NCBI GenBank assembly: GCA_965215335.1
Contig: CBDCDA010000001.1
Span: 1,824,001-1,888,000, forward strand
Source of the DNA: an uncultured Candidatus Entotheonella sp.
Lineage (GTDB): Bacteria; Tectomicrobia; Entotheonellia; Entotheonellales; Entotheonellaceae
DNA: 64,000 bases
Direction: 5' to 3'
Shown here: piece by piece, positions 43,829 through 53,953 of the stretch
Numbering within the stretch: position 1 is the stretch's first letter
How the letters are laid out: every line of letters starts with the position of its first letter
Position numbers and translations under genes: made by a program
The notes under the pieces: model-generated
What the model was told of the DNA's origin: nothing
Seen by the model: only the letters and a program-made list of their open reading frames with translations
The model's database searches: none

Positions 43829-44932
43829 TCACTTCCCGAAAGCGCGGCGCTCCGGGGTCCGCTTGAGCGGCAGGTCGACGGTCTCGCCCGACAGCGCCGA
43901 GGCATAAATCCCCAAAATGATTTCCACGGACTTGCGCGCTTCGACGCCGTCGACGAGCAGCGGTGCCTTGCCCCGCAGGTGGCGCACGAAATTCTCAAAC
44001 TGCAACTGGTGCCCCTCGGTGCCGATGGAGGTGGGGCTGCCCGCGCCCCAGCGCGAGGTTGTTTGCGCATTCGGCCCCAGGGTGCGCCGAATGCGCGCAT
44101 CGGTCGATTTCTTGTCCACGAAATCCCAGTGCACCAACTCCCCGCCGCGCACGCACGCCGAGCCACCCGTCCCCACGATGTGAATCTCATTGGGCCAGCC
44201 CGGCCATACCGCAGTGGAGCCGATGATGGTGCCCAGGGCGCCTGACTTGTAGCGCACCGCCGCCACCGCGGTGTCCTCGACGGCGATGCGTTTGTGCGCC
44301 AGATTGCCCGCCAAGGCGTGCACGGAACGGACCGGCCCCGCCAGCCATTGCAACAGGTCGATGGTGTGGATGGACTGGTTCATCAGCGCGCCGCCGCCGT
44401 CCAGTTCCCAGGTGCCGCGCCAGGCCCCGGAGTCGTAATACGCCTGCGTACGGTGCCAGGGGATGATGGCGTTGCACACCGTCAGCTTGCCGAACCGCCC
44501 GGCGTCGAGCGCCTTCTTGACGGCCTGCACCGCCGCTCCGGTGCGGCTCTGGAAAATACCGCCCAATCGCACGTCGGCCCGCTTGCAGGCACGGATCATC
44601 CGCGAACAGCGCTCCAGTGTCACCTCCAGCGGTTTTTCGCAGATGATGTGCTTACCGGCCCTGGCGGCGGCCACCACCGGCTCCAGATGCGCGCCGGACG
44701 GCGTGGCGATGACCACCACGTCGAGGCCCGGGTGCATGAGAAAGGCGTTGTAATCGCCGACGTACAGTTCGACGCCGCAGCGCTGGGCCAGCGCTGCGGC
44801 GTTGTTGCTGCCGCTGTTGGAAAACAGGCAGGCGAGATGCCCGCCCTGCATGTCCTGAATGGCACGGGCATGAAAGTCGGCGATGACCCCGAGGCCGACG
44901 ACGCCGAAACCGAAACTCCGTGAACTCACCAT
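43829..44932 (-). CDS. Gfo/Idh/MocA family oxidoreductase
   Basis: GLGVIA, TPSGAH, CEKPL, WRGTWELDGGGALMNQSIH, VEDTA. Confidence 0.92.
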   Translation of the reverse strand: MVSSRSFGFGVVGLGVIADFHARAIQDMQGGHLACLFSNSGSNNAAALAQRCGVELYVGDYNAFLMHPGLDVVVIATPSGAHLEPVVAAARAGKHIICEKPLEVTLERCSRMIRACKRADVRLGGIFQSRTGAAVQAVKKALDAGRFGKLTVCNAIIPWHRTQAYYDSGAWRGTWELDGGGALMNQSIHTIDLLQWLAGPVRSVHALAGNLAHKRIAVEDTAVAAVRYKSGALGTIIGSTAVWPGWPNEIHIVGTGGSACVRGGELVHWDFVDKKSTDARIRRTLGPNAQTTSRWGAGSPTSIGTEGHQLQFENFVRHLRGKAPLLVDGVEARKSVEIILGIYASALSGETVDLPLKRTPERRAFGK

Positions 44933-45052
44933 CGATGGGGCTCCTCTGCCGATTGGACGCTTGGAGCAATTCAAAATTGATTGGCGCCATGTCCGGCTTC
45001 GCCAGGGTGACGACAGAAAATTTGCGTCGACCTTGAAATGCGTTAGCTGCGT

Positions 45053-46336
45053 TTATGCTTGCCGCCGCTCGATGCGTGCACCGAGGGTCTGCAGGCGCTT
45101 TTCGAGTCGCTCGTGGCCGCGGTCGATCTGGCTGATGTTGTGGATGCTGCTGACGCCGTCGGCCGCCAGCGCGGCGATGAGCAGCGCCATGCCGGCCCGG
45201 ATGTCCGGCGAAATGAGGGTTTCGCCGTGCAAGCGGGAGGGACCGATCACCACGGCGCGATGCGGGTCGCATAGCACGATGTTGGCACCCATTTCGATGA
45301 GGCGGTCGACGAACACCAGGCGGCGGTCGAACATCTTCTGGTGAATCAGCACGGTGCCGCGCGCCTGCGTGGCGACGACCAGGGCGATGCTGACCAGATC
45401 GGGCGGGAAGCCTGGCCACGGCATGTCGTCGATTTTCGGCATGGCGCCGTCATAGTCGCTGTGCACACATAGGTTTTGATCCGCCGGCACGACGATGTCG
45501 TCGCCGTCGTCGTGCCAGGTCACGCCCAGGCGGGCGAATACGATGCGGGTCATGCGGTGCTCGCGCGGACGCGCTTGTCGGATACGAAGTTCCGAGCCGG
45601 TCGTTGCCGCCAGCGCGACCATGGAGCCGACCTCCATATAATCGGGTCCGATGGCGTACGTCGTCCCCCGCAGGCCGCTGACGCCGCGAATCACCAGGTT
45701 GTTGCTGCCGATGCCCTCGATGTCGGCGCCCATGCCGTTCAGGCAATGACACACGTCCTGCACGTGTGGCTCGCAGGCGGCGTTGCTCAGCAGCGTGGTG
45801 CCATCGGCGAGCACGGCGGCCAGCACCGCCTGCTCGGTCCCGGTGACGCTCATTTCGTCCAGAAAGATGTCGGCGCCGCGCAGCCGCTTGGCCTTCAGGA
45901 TGAAGCGGTCGGCGGTAACCTCAATATCGGCGCCCAAGGCTTGCAGGGCGAGCAGGTGGGTATCGAGACGACGACGCCCGATGCGGTCGCCGCCCGCTCG
46001 CCCGATGGTCACGAAACCGCGCCGCGCCAGCAGCGGCCCGGCGAACAACGGCGCCGTGCGTATCTGACGGCACAGGTCGAGGTCGGGCTGATTGTCGCCT
46101 ACGATACAGGCATGGAGGGTGCAACGCCCGTCGGGGCTCAGGTGTGTATCGACCCCCAGGCGATTGAGGAGGACGGCTTTGGTTCGGACATCGCCAATGT
46201 TGGGGACGTTGTACAGGTGCAACGGCTCGTGAGTCAGCAGGCTGGCCGCCATCAGGGGCAGGGCGGCGTTTTTATTTCCAGCAGGGGTGATGGCGCCCCT
46301 GAACCGATGCCCGCCCTCGATATGGAAATATTCCAT
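45053..46336 (-). CDS. murA: UDP-N-acetylglucosamine 1-carboxyvinyltransferase
   Basis: [51 protein letters not shown]. Confidence 0.95.
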   Translation of the reverse strand: MEYFHIEGGHRFRGAITPAGNKNAALPLMAASLLTHEPLHLYNVPNIGDVRTKAVLLNRLGVDTHLSPDGRCTLHACIVGDNQPDLDLCRQIRTAPLFAGPLLARRGFVTIGRAGGDRIGRRRLDTHLLALQALGADIEVTADRFILKAKRLRGADIFLDEMSVTGTEQAVLAAVLADGTTLLSNAACEPHVQDVCHCLNGMGADIEGIGSNNLVIRGVSGLRGTTYAIGPDYMEVGSMVALAATTGSELRIRQARPREHRMTRIVFARLGVTWHDDGDDIVVPADQNLCVHSDYDGAMPKIDDMPWPGFPPDLVSIALVVATQARGTVLIHQKMFDRRLVFVDRLIEMGANIVLCDPHRAVVIGPSRLHGETLISPDIRAGMALLIAALAADGVSSIHNISQIDRGHERLEKRLQTLGARIERRQA

Positions 46337-46430
46337 AGCGTTCCTGTCGGCTGCCTGCCGCGAGGTGAAGGAGTTGGATCACGGATTTTGCGAGGCGCCG
46401 CCCCGAAGTGACGTAGCCGCGGCCTGTTCA

Positions 46431-49400
46431 CTACTGGGCCAGGGCGTCGACCCGCTGGTTCAGGGTGTCAAGCTGTCCCTGCATCACGGCGAGGCGCTGG
46501 CTCTGGGCCATTTCTTCGGCCTGCGCCGCTTCATCGTGGGCGGCGAAAGCCGCAGCCTGTTGGCTCAGGCCGTCGATCTGTTGTGCCAGGTCAGCTAGTC
46601 GGGCGCTCTGGGTGTCTGCCTCGGCCTGTGACGTATTGTCATTGGCGGCCAGGGCTGAAGCCTGTTGGCTCAGGGTGTCAAGCTGTCCCTGCATGGCGTC
46701 GAGGCGCTGGCCCTGGGCTGCCTCCCCGGCCTGCGCCGCTTCGTCGTTGGCGGCAAAGGTCGCAGCCTGTCGGCTCAGGCCGTCGATCTGTTGTGCCAGG
46801 TCAGCCAGTCGGGCCTTCTGGGCAGCTTCTTCAGCTTGCGCTGCTTCATCGTGAGCGGCCAGGGCTGAAGCCTGCTGGCCCAAAGTGTCGATCTGCCCCT
46901 GCATGGCGTCGAGGCGCTGGCTCTGGGCTGCCTCCCCGGCCTGCGCCGCTTCATCGTTGGCGGCAAAGGTCGCAGCCTGCTGATTCAGGGTGTCAAGCTG
47001 TCCCTGCATGGCGCTGAGTCTCTGGCTCTGCGCCATGTCTTCGGCTTGTGCCGACTCATCATTGTCGGCAAAGGCTGCGGCCTGTTGGCTCAGACCGTCG
47101 ATCTGTTGTGCCAGGTCAGCCAGTCGGGCCTTCTGGGCGCCTGCCTCGGCTTGCGCCGTATCGTCATTGGCAGCAAAGGTCGCAGCCTGCTGGCTCAGGG
47201 TGTCAAGCTGTCCCTGCATGACATCGAGGCGCTGGCCCTGGGCTGTCTCCCCGGCCTGCGCCGCTTCATCATTGGCGGCAAAGGTCGCAGCCTGCTGATT
47301 CAGGGTGTCGATCTGTTCCTGCATGGCGCTGAGTCTCTGGCTCTGCGCCATGTCTTCAGCTTGCACCGCATCGTCATTGGCGGCCAAGGCTACGGCCTGC
47401 TGGCCCAAAGTGTCGATCTGCCCCTGCATGGCGTCGAGACGCTGGCCCTGGGCTGTCTCCCCAGCCTGCGCCGCTTCATCGTTGGCGGCAAAGGTCGCAG
47501 CCTGTTGGCTCAGACCGTCGATCTGTTGTGCCAGGTCAGCCAGTTGGGCGCCCTGGGCAGCTTCTTCAGCTTGCGCTGCTTCGTCGTGGGCGGCCAGGGC
47601 TGAAGCCCGCTGGCCCAAAGTGTCGATCTGCCCCTGCATGGCGTCGAGACGCTGGCCCTGGGCTGTTTCCCCAGCCTGCGCCGCTTCATCGTTGGCGGCG
47701 AAAGTCGCAGCCTGCTGATTCAGGATGTCGATCTGTCCCTGCACGGCGCTGAGTCTCTGGCTCTGCGCCATGTCTTCGGCTTGTGCCGACTCATCATTGT
47801 CGGCAAAGGCTGCGGCCTGTTGGCTCAGACCGTCGACCTGCTGCGCCAGGTCAGCCAGTCGGGCCTTCTGGGCGTCTGCCTCGGCTTGCGCCGTATCGTC
47901 ATTGGCAGCAAAGGTCGCAGCCTGCTGGCTCAGGGTGTCAAGCTGTCCCTGCATGACATTGAGACGCTGGCTCTGGGCTGTTTCCCCAGCCTGCGCCGCT
48001 TCGTCGTTGGCGGCAAAGGTCGCAGCCTGTTGGCTCAGACCGTCGATCTGTTGTGCCAGGTCAGCCAGTTGGGCGCCCTGGGCAGCTTCTTCAGCTTGCG
48101 CTGCTTCGTCGTGGGCGGCCAGGGCTGAAGCCCGCTGGCCCAAAGTGTCGATCTGCCCCTGCATGGCGTCGAGACGCTGGCCCTGGGCTGTTTCCCCAGC
48201 CTGCGCCGCTTCATCGTTGGCGGCGAAAGTCGCAGCCTGCTGATTCAGGATGTCGATCTGTCCCTGCACGGCGCTGAGTCTCTGGCTCTGCGCCATGTCT
48301 TCGGCTTGTGCCGACTCATCATTGTCGGCAAAGGCTGCGGCCTGTTGGCTCAGACCGTCGACCTGTTGTGCCAGGTCAGCCAGTCGGGCCTTCTGGGCGT
48401 CTGCCTCGGCTTGCGCCGTATCGTCATTGGCGGCGAAAGCCGCAGCCTGCTGGCTCAGGGTGTCAAGCTGTCCCTGCATCACGGCGAGGCGCTGGCTCTG
48501 GGCTGTTTCCCCGGCCTGCGCCGCTTCGTCGTTGGCGGCAAAGGTCGCAGCCTGTTGGCTCAGACCGTCGATCTGTTGTGCCAGGTCAGCCAGTTGGGCG
48601 CCCTGGGCGGCTGTCTCAGCTTGCGCTGCTTCGTCGTTGGCGGCCAAGGCTGAAGCCTGCTGGCCCAAAGTGTCGATCTGCCCCTGCATGGCGTCGAGAC
48701 GCTGGCCCTGGGCTGTTTCCCCGGCCTGCGCCGCTTCATCGTTGGCGGCAAAGGTCGCAGCCTGCTGGCTCAGACCGTCGATCTGTTGTGCCAGGTCAGC
48801 CAGTTGGGCGCCCCGGGCGGCTTCCTCGGCTTGCGCTGCTTCGTCGTGGGCGGCCAGGGCTGAAGCCTGCTGGCCCAAAGTGTCGATCTGCCCCTGCATG
48901 GCGTCGAGACGCTGGCCCTGGGCTGTTTCCCCGGCCTGCGCCGCTTCATCGTGGGCGGCGAAAGTCGCAGCCTGTCGGCTCAGGCCGTCGATCTGTTGTG
49001 CCAAGGTGGCCAGTTGGGCGCTCTGGGCGGCTTCCTCGGCCTGTGCCGTATCGTCATTGGCGGCCAGGGCTGAAGCCTGCTGGCTCAGGGTGTCAAGCTG
49101 TCCCTGCATCACGGCGAGGCGCTGGCCCTGGGCTGCCTCCCCGGCCTGCGCCGCTTCGTCGTGGGCGGCGAAAGTCGCAGCCTGTCGGCTCAGGCCGTCG
49201 ATCTGTTGCGCCAGGTCAGCCAGTCGGGCTTTCTGGGCGTCTGCCTCGGCTTGCGCCGTATCGTCATTGGCGGCAAAGGTCGCAGCCTGCTGGCTCAGGG
49301 TGTCGATCTGCTGCGCCAGGGCGTCCAGTTGAGCACTTTGAGCGGCCTCGTCTTCGACCGATGCAAACGATTCCATCCGGGCTTCCAAGGCGGCCAAGTC

Positions 49401-49934
49401 GTCATGGGTGGCAACGTTATCCAACTGAGCTGCCAGCGTCTCCAGCTCCCCCGCACTCGCCTCGTCCGCGCTGGCGAACTCGTCGGCCCGCTCGCTCAGG
49501 GAAGCAAGCTGCTCCTCAATGGCGGCAATCTGCTGGCCCTGGGCGTTTTCCTCGGCCTGAGCCGTTGCATCGTTGGCGGCAAAGGCCGCAGCTTGCTGGT
49601 TCAGGGCTTCGACCTGCTGCGTCAGAACGGACAGTTGCTCGCTCAGACGCCCCTCCAGGGTGGCGAGTTTGTCGACCTGCTCGGTCACGCTTGCCGCGGT
49701 TGCCAGCCCGGCCACCTGCTCGCTGGTGGCGGCTTTTCTGAAGCCGTCCGACAGTTCCGCCATGCGCACCGAATTTGCGTCCATGCTGGAGGCGCTCTGA
49801 CGGAAGCGCCGCTCAACTGCAATGACGTATATCGCCAGGAAAATGACAATGGCGAGGAGAGCCAACGTGACGGCCCGATTGAACAGCGGCTCCAAGAAGG
49901 ACGACATCTGCGAACTTCCTTTCTCCTGCGTCAT
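46431..49934 (-). CDS. Membrane-anchored Ala/Gln-rich coiled-coil protein with 27 x 35-aa repeats
   Basis: 1167-aa ORF, AAGGAG RBS, single N-terminal TM helix, repeats run to the C-terminus. Confidence 0.85.
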   Translation of the reverse strand: MTQEKGSSQMSSFLEPLFNRAVTLALLAIVIFLAIYVIAVERRFRQSASSMDANSVRMAELSDGFRKAATSEQVAGLATAASVTEQVDKLATLEGRLSEQLSVLTQQVEALNQQAAAFAANDATAQAEENAQGQQIAAIEEQLASLSERADEFASADEASAGELETLAAQLDNVATHDDLAALEARMESFASVEDEAAQSAQLDALAQQIDTLSQQAATFAANDDTAQAEADAQKARLADLAQQIDGLSRQAATFAAHDEAAQAGEAAQGQRLAVMQGQLDTLSQQASALAANDDTAQAEEAAQSAQLATLAQQIDGLSRQAATFAAHDEAAQAGETAQGQRLDAMQGQIDTLGQQASALAAHDEAAQAEEAARGAQLADLAQQIDGLSQQAATFAANDEAAQAGETAQGQRLDAMQGQIDTLGQQASALAANDEAAQAETAAQGAQLADLAQQIDGLSQQAATFAANDEAAQAGETAQSQRLAVMQGQLDTLSQQAAAFAANDDTAQAEADAQKARLADLAQQVDGLSQQAAAFADNDESAQAEDMAQSQRLSAVQGQIDILNQQAATFAANDEAAQAGETAQGQRLDAMQGQIDTLGQRASALAAHDEAAQAEEAAQGAQLADLAQQIDGLSQQAATFAANDEAAQAGETAQSQRLNVMQGQLDTLSQQAATFAANDDTAQAEADAQKARLADLAQQVDGLSQQAAAFADNDESAQAEDMAQSQRLSAVQGQIDILNQQAATFAANDEAAQAGETAQGQRLDAMQGQIDTLGQRASALAAHDEAAQAEEAAQGAQLADLAQQIDGLSQQAATFAANDEAAQAGETAQGQRLDAMQGQIDTLGQQAVALAANDDAVQAEDMAQSQRLSAMQEQIDTLNQQAATFAANDEAAQAGETAQGQRLDVMQGQLDTLSQQAATFAANDDTAQAEAGAQKARLADLAQQIDGLSQQAAAFADNDESAQAEDMAQSQRLSAMQGQLDTLNQQAATFAANDEAAQAGEAAQSQRLDAMQGQIDTLGQQASALAAHDEAAQAEEAAQKARLADLAQQIDGLSRQAATFAANDEAAQAGEAAQGQRLDAMQGQLDTLSQQASALAANDNTSQAEADTQSARLADLAQQIDGLSQQAAAFAAHDEAAQAEEMAQSQRLAVMQGQLDTLNQRVDALAQ
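46440..49274. repeat. 105-bp coding tandem repeat, 27 imperfect units
   Basis: Unit e.g. AANDEAAQAGETAQGQRLDAMQGQIDTLGQQASAL; counted from the translation. Confidence 0.95.
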
Positions 49935-50082
49935 ACCTGTTCTCCTTTGCGCGATGAAGCGTGAGAGCCGCCGTCGTCTCGCCGCGGCGGGAAAGATCGC
50001 CGGACCGCCGGAATGACGGCCGCCAGAATTGCCAGGAAGGCCAGCGCCGTAAAGAAAGTACGCATACCGGCCCCAAGGGTCC

Positions 50083-51219
50083 CTAGTTGAGGTTCAGGCA
50101 GCCGAGCTTTTCATACGTGCCATTGACGATCGGCTTGGCCTCGACCGCCATCCAGTCCTCCAGAATTTCCGTGTACACGGAACGGAAATCGAGATTGAAG
50201 GCCAGATCGCCCTCGACCAGCTTGTCGTCGTCGAGGGAAGGATACTCGCTGTAATGACCGCCCTTGACGCGGTCGCCGATGAGGAACGCTACGCCGCCGG
50301 AGCCGTGGTCGGTGCCGTTGCCGTTGTCTTTTACCCGGCGGCCAAACTCCGAGAACACGAAGATCAGCACGTCGTCGCTGGCGTCGTGCGTTCTCAGATC
50401 GGTGTACAGGTCGTGGATGCCGCCCGCCACGTCGTCCCACAACTTGGCTTGCAACGCCACCTCGTTGGTGTGCGTGTCGAAGCTGCCGTGCTGGGTGTAG
50501 CAAATGCGCGTGCCGACGTCGGCCAGCAGCACCTGCGCGGCGCTCTTGGCGCTCTTGGCGAAGGGGCTGCCACCGTATTCGACCGTCGAGGCGTATTTCT
50601 GCGGCACGGAACTGAGGATGTCGGCGCCGCGCAGCGCGTCCAGGCCGGTTTTGCTCAGGTAATCCATCACAGGCCCGTTGCCGAGCGCGCGGCTGTACAT
50701 GTCGCGGAAGGCATCCAGCGCTTGTGTGCGCTGCGGCTCCGCGTCGATGTGATTGAGCAGCCCGTAACTGTCCAGATTCGTCACCGAGGCCACCGGCGCG
50801 CCCAAGGTTACCAGCGCCCGCGGCAGCGCGGTGGCGAAGTTCACGGCGATGACGACGTTGTCGCCGTCCGGGGTCATCTCCCGGATTGCCTGCCCCAACC
50901 AGCCCTTGTCGCCCACCTTGGTCGGCTCGGCAGTGTGCCAGATGTCCATGGAGCGGAAGTGCGACCGATTGGGCTGCGGGTAGCCGACGCCGTGGATGAT
51001 GGCCACCTTGCCCTCGTCGTACAGGTCCTTGACGGGCTGCATGGCGGGGTTGAGGCCGTAGCCGTTGCCGAAGGGGATGATCTGGTCTTCCGACAGACGG
51101 ACGTTCGGCCGGTTGTCGATGTAGCGCGGGTTGTCATACGGCACCACGCAGTTGAGGTAATCATTGCCGCCGGAAAGTTGCACCACCACCAGCTTGCGGT
51201 CCTTTGTGTCACCCATCAT
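50083..51219 (-). CDS. DUF1501 domain protein
   Basis: LVVVQLSGGNDYLN, GYPQPNRSHFRSMDIW, FDTH, FSEFGRRV..NG.GTDHG, DFRSVY. Confidence 0.9.
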   Translation of the reverse strand: MMGDTKDRKLVVVQLSGGNDYLNCVVPYDNPRYIDNRPNVRLSEDQIIPFGNGYGLNPAMQPVKDLYDEGKVAIIHGVGYPQPNRSHFRSMDIWHTAEPTKVGDKGWLGQAIREMTPDGDNVVIAVNFATALPRALVTLGAPVASVTNLDSYGLLNHIDAEPQRTQALDAFRDMYSRALGNGPVMDYLSKTGLDALRGADILSSVPQKYASTVEYGGSPFAKSAKSAAQVLLADVGTRICYTQHGSFDTHTNEVALQAKLWDDVAGGIHDLYTDLRTHDASDDVLIFVFSEFGRRVKDNGNGTDHGSGGVAFLIGDRVKGGHYSEYPSLDDDKLVEGDLAFNLDFRSVYTEILEDWMAVEAKPIVNGTYEKLGCLNLN

Positions 51220-51294
51220 GGCTTTCCTTCTTGATTGTTTCAATACCTCAACCGGCCCGCCAAGGCCGGTGCTCCGTGATCGACTATTGCTGCC

Positions 51295-52302
51295 TCACGC
51301 CTTTTCGTAGACCTGGAAGCGATGCCGGCTGGTCTCCAGGACGTAAATGCGCTCATCACCGTCCAGCACCACGTCGACCGGATCCCAGAAGTACGGCTCG
51401 ATGCGTGCCGACACCTCGTTGGCGTCGGCGGTATCGACGTCGAACACCGGCACGTACGTGGCGCGCGCCGCCAACTCATCGGCGTTGGCCTCGACGTATT
51501 CCTGTGCCCACGGCGACAGCCTGGCCTCGCCCCGGAGTTGCAACAGGTAGTTGCCGGCGGCATCGAGCACCTGCACGCGCTGGTTGCCCCAGTCGGCGAC
51601 GTAAACATTGCCGTCGGCATCCACCGCCAAGCCGGAGGGCCGGTTGAACTGCCCGTCGCCATCGCCCGCGGTGCCGAACTTGGACACAAACTCGCCATCC
51701 GACGTGAACTTCTGGATGCGGTCGTTGCGCCAATCGGCCACGTACAGGAAACCCTGGCGGTCCTGCGTGATGCCCCACGGCAGGTTGAACTGCCCGTCAC
51801 CATCGCCGTAGGCGCCCCAGGCGCCGAGGCTCCGCCCGTCGCGGGTGAATTTCTGGATGCGATGGTTGCGGTGATCCACCATCAGCAGGTTGTCGTCGGC
51901 ATCGAACAGCAGGCCGGACGGCCCGTCGAACTCGCCGGCGGCGCTGCCCTTGGTGCCCCAGACGCCCTGCACGGCGCCGTCGCGGTCGTACATCGTGACC
52001 CGTTGCAGATAATCGTCGGCGAGATACAGGTTGTCATCGCGGTCCAGCGCCAGCGCGGTCGGCCAGATCATGTTGCCCGGCTCCTGGCCGTAGCCGCCGA
52101 TCTGACCGAAGAATTCGTGCCTCCGGCTGACCATCTGAATGCCGACGATGTCTAGCGCCTGCGTATTGCTGCGGCTGACCACCAAGATGCGCCCGTCGCC
52201 GCGAATGACCATCGACATCGGCAGGTGAAAGCCGCGCCCGCCCTGGTCGGCGACGAAGCCGATGGTATCGCTATACTGAAGTTGAAACGGTTCGGTTGCC
52301 AT
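51295..52302 (-). CDS. NHL-repeat beta-propeller protein
   Basis: Repeated GQFNxPxG...YVADWxNxRIQxF units. Confidence 0.9.
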   Translation of the reverse strand: MATEPFQLQYSDTIGFVADQGGRGFHLPMSMVIRGDGRILVVSRSNTQALDIVGIQMVSRRHEFFGQIGGYGQEPGNMIWPTALALDRDDNLYLADDYLQRVTMYDRDGAVQGVWGTKGSAAGEFDGPSGLLFDADDNLLMVDHRNHRIQKFTRDGRSLGAWGAYGDGDGQFNLPWGITQDRQGFLYVADWRNDRIQKFTSDGEFVSKFGTAGDGDGQFNRPSGLAVDADGNVYVADWGNQRVQVLDAAGNYLLQLRGEARLSPWAQEYVEANADELAARATYVPVFDVDTADANEVSARIEPYFWDPVDVVLDGDERIYVLETSRHRFQVYEKA

Positions 52303-52317
52303 GCCCTGAAGCCCCCC

Positions 52318-53769
52318 CTACACCATCTGGTATTCCTGCGTGGTGACGACCAGCTGCAGCAGCGCCACGATCGTGCGTTCCGCCTGGGCAGTTGACGCCG
52401 CGTCGGCAAAGCTCACGTCGCCCCAGGAGCGGGCGTAGTCGATGATCCCGTTGCGGGTGCTGTCCGGCACCTCCAGCGGGCCGACGACGTGCAGACAGGC
52501 ATCGACCAGTTCGTCGGCCGGCAGGCCGCGACCGTTGGTGAGGTCGCGGATGCGTCCGATGATGGCCTGGATGCCCGGCTTGTTCGGGTCACTGAGGACG
52601 CGGCTGGCAAAATTGACCCGCTGCACGTAGGCGCCGGTGTTGATCCACTCGCTGCCTCCCTGCCAGCCCTCGACGCTGGGCGGGTTCATCGGGAACTGCC
52701 CCATGGCGGCGCACACCCCGACGGCGGCGTACGCGTCGGTCGACGGCAGTTCCAGGCCGCCGGCCAGACGCAGGGTGCCGACCACCATCTCGACCGGGCT
52801 CTTGATGCGGGCGAAGCGCGCCGCTTCCGACTTGAAGAAGTCGGCGTTGAACAGCGCCCGCAACATGGCGGAAATGTCGTAATCGGAATCGAAATAGGCC
52901 TGGCACATCAGGTCGATGGCCTGCGGGTCGCGCGGCGCGGTGTGCGGCCACTGCGGTACGGGCACCTCGTCGGCGACGAAGAAGTGGCACAGATGGCGGG
53001 CGATGAAGCGCGGCGTGGCTTCCTGCCGGCAGATGATGGCGACCACGTCCTCGCCGTTGAAGTCCCCCACCTCGCCGAGGAACGTCTTGTCGTCGTGGTC
53101 GTGGTCGGTGTCGTCATACTCGAACTGCCAGGCGATGTAGCCGTAGGGTCGCGCGGTGTTGTTGCGCATCCGAATGGACATGTAATCGGGGTTGACCACC
53201 CGCCAGCCGGTGAAGGCGCGGGCGCATTCCTTGATGTCGTCCTCGGTGTAATTGCCCACGCCCATCGAGAACAGTTCAAGGATTTCCCGCCCGTAGTTCT
53301 CGTTGATCGAGCCCTTGTGGTTGTCCTGATTGTCCAGCCACATCATCATGGCAGGGTCGCGCGATAGCCGCAGCAGCAAGGCCTGGAAGCTTCCCATGCC
53401 GTGGCTGCGGAACATGTCGAGCTGGTTCGCCACCATGCGCGCCTGGATGAGCTTGGTGGCGGCGGTGGCAAAGACACGGTGCCAGAACAGACACATCTTT
53501 TCGCGCAGCGGCGCCTGCGTTTGCACCATGCGGTAAATCCAGTAGGCGGCGCCGGCGGCGTGGTTGCGCAGGTCGGATTGATCGACGTGGTAGCGGCGGA
53601 TGAGGTCTTCCGGCACGGCGTCCGGCTGCGGGTTCAGCAGCGCCTCCACGGTGGCCTCGTAGCCCTGGTCGAGGCAGTGGTCGAGTTCCTGCAGGGTGGC
53701 GCCGAACCCCGCTCGCCTGAGCAGGTGGGCCGTCAGCGCGACGTCTTGCTTTGAATGCACGGTGGGCAT
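52318..53769 (-). CDS. DUF1800 domain protein
   Basis: HLLRRAGFG, LREKMCLFWH, DPAMMMWLD, NENYGREILELFSMG, ARAFTGW, KSPVE, PPSVEGW. Confidence 0.9.
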   Translation of the reverse strand: MPTVHSKQDVALTAHLLRRAGFGATLQELDHCLDQGYEATVEALLNPQPDAVPEDLIRRYHVDQSDLRNHAAGAAYWIYRMVQTQAPLREKMCLFWHRVFATAATKLIQARMVANQLDMFRSHGMGSFQALLLRLSRDPAMMMWLDNQDNHKGSINENYGREILELFSMGVGNYTEDDIKECARAFTGWRVVNPDYMSIRMRNNTARPYGYIAWQFEYDDTDHDHDDKTFLGEVGDFNGEDVVAIICRQEATPRFIARHLCHFFVADEVPVPQWPHTAPRDPQAIDLMCQAYFDSDYDISAMLRALFNADFFKSEAARFARIKSPVEMVVGTLRLAGGLELPSTDAYAAVGVCAAMGQFPMNPPSVEGWQGGSEWINTGAYVQRVNFASRVLSDPNKPGIQAIIGRIRDLTNGRGLPADELVDACLHVVGPLEVPDSTRNGIIDYARSWGDVSFADAASTAQAERTIVALLQLVVTTQEYQMV

Positions 53770-53953
53770 GCCAGCTTCCTTCTCGAGGGTGGAGCAAATC
53801 GTCTCGTGGCGTGAGGTGCGAATTATACCAGACAATCCCCGCCCGCATAGGGGCGATTTGCGCGCCCGCAGCGCCCCCGTTGCCCCACCGCAGGCGATGG
53901 AGTATCCTGCTGTTTTCGCCACGCCATATCGCACGAATCGGGGAGGAAAGAGG

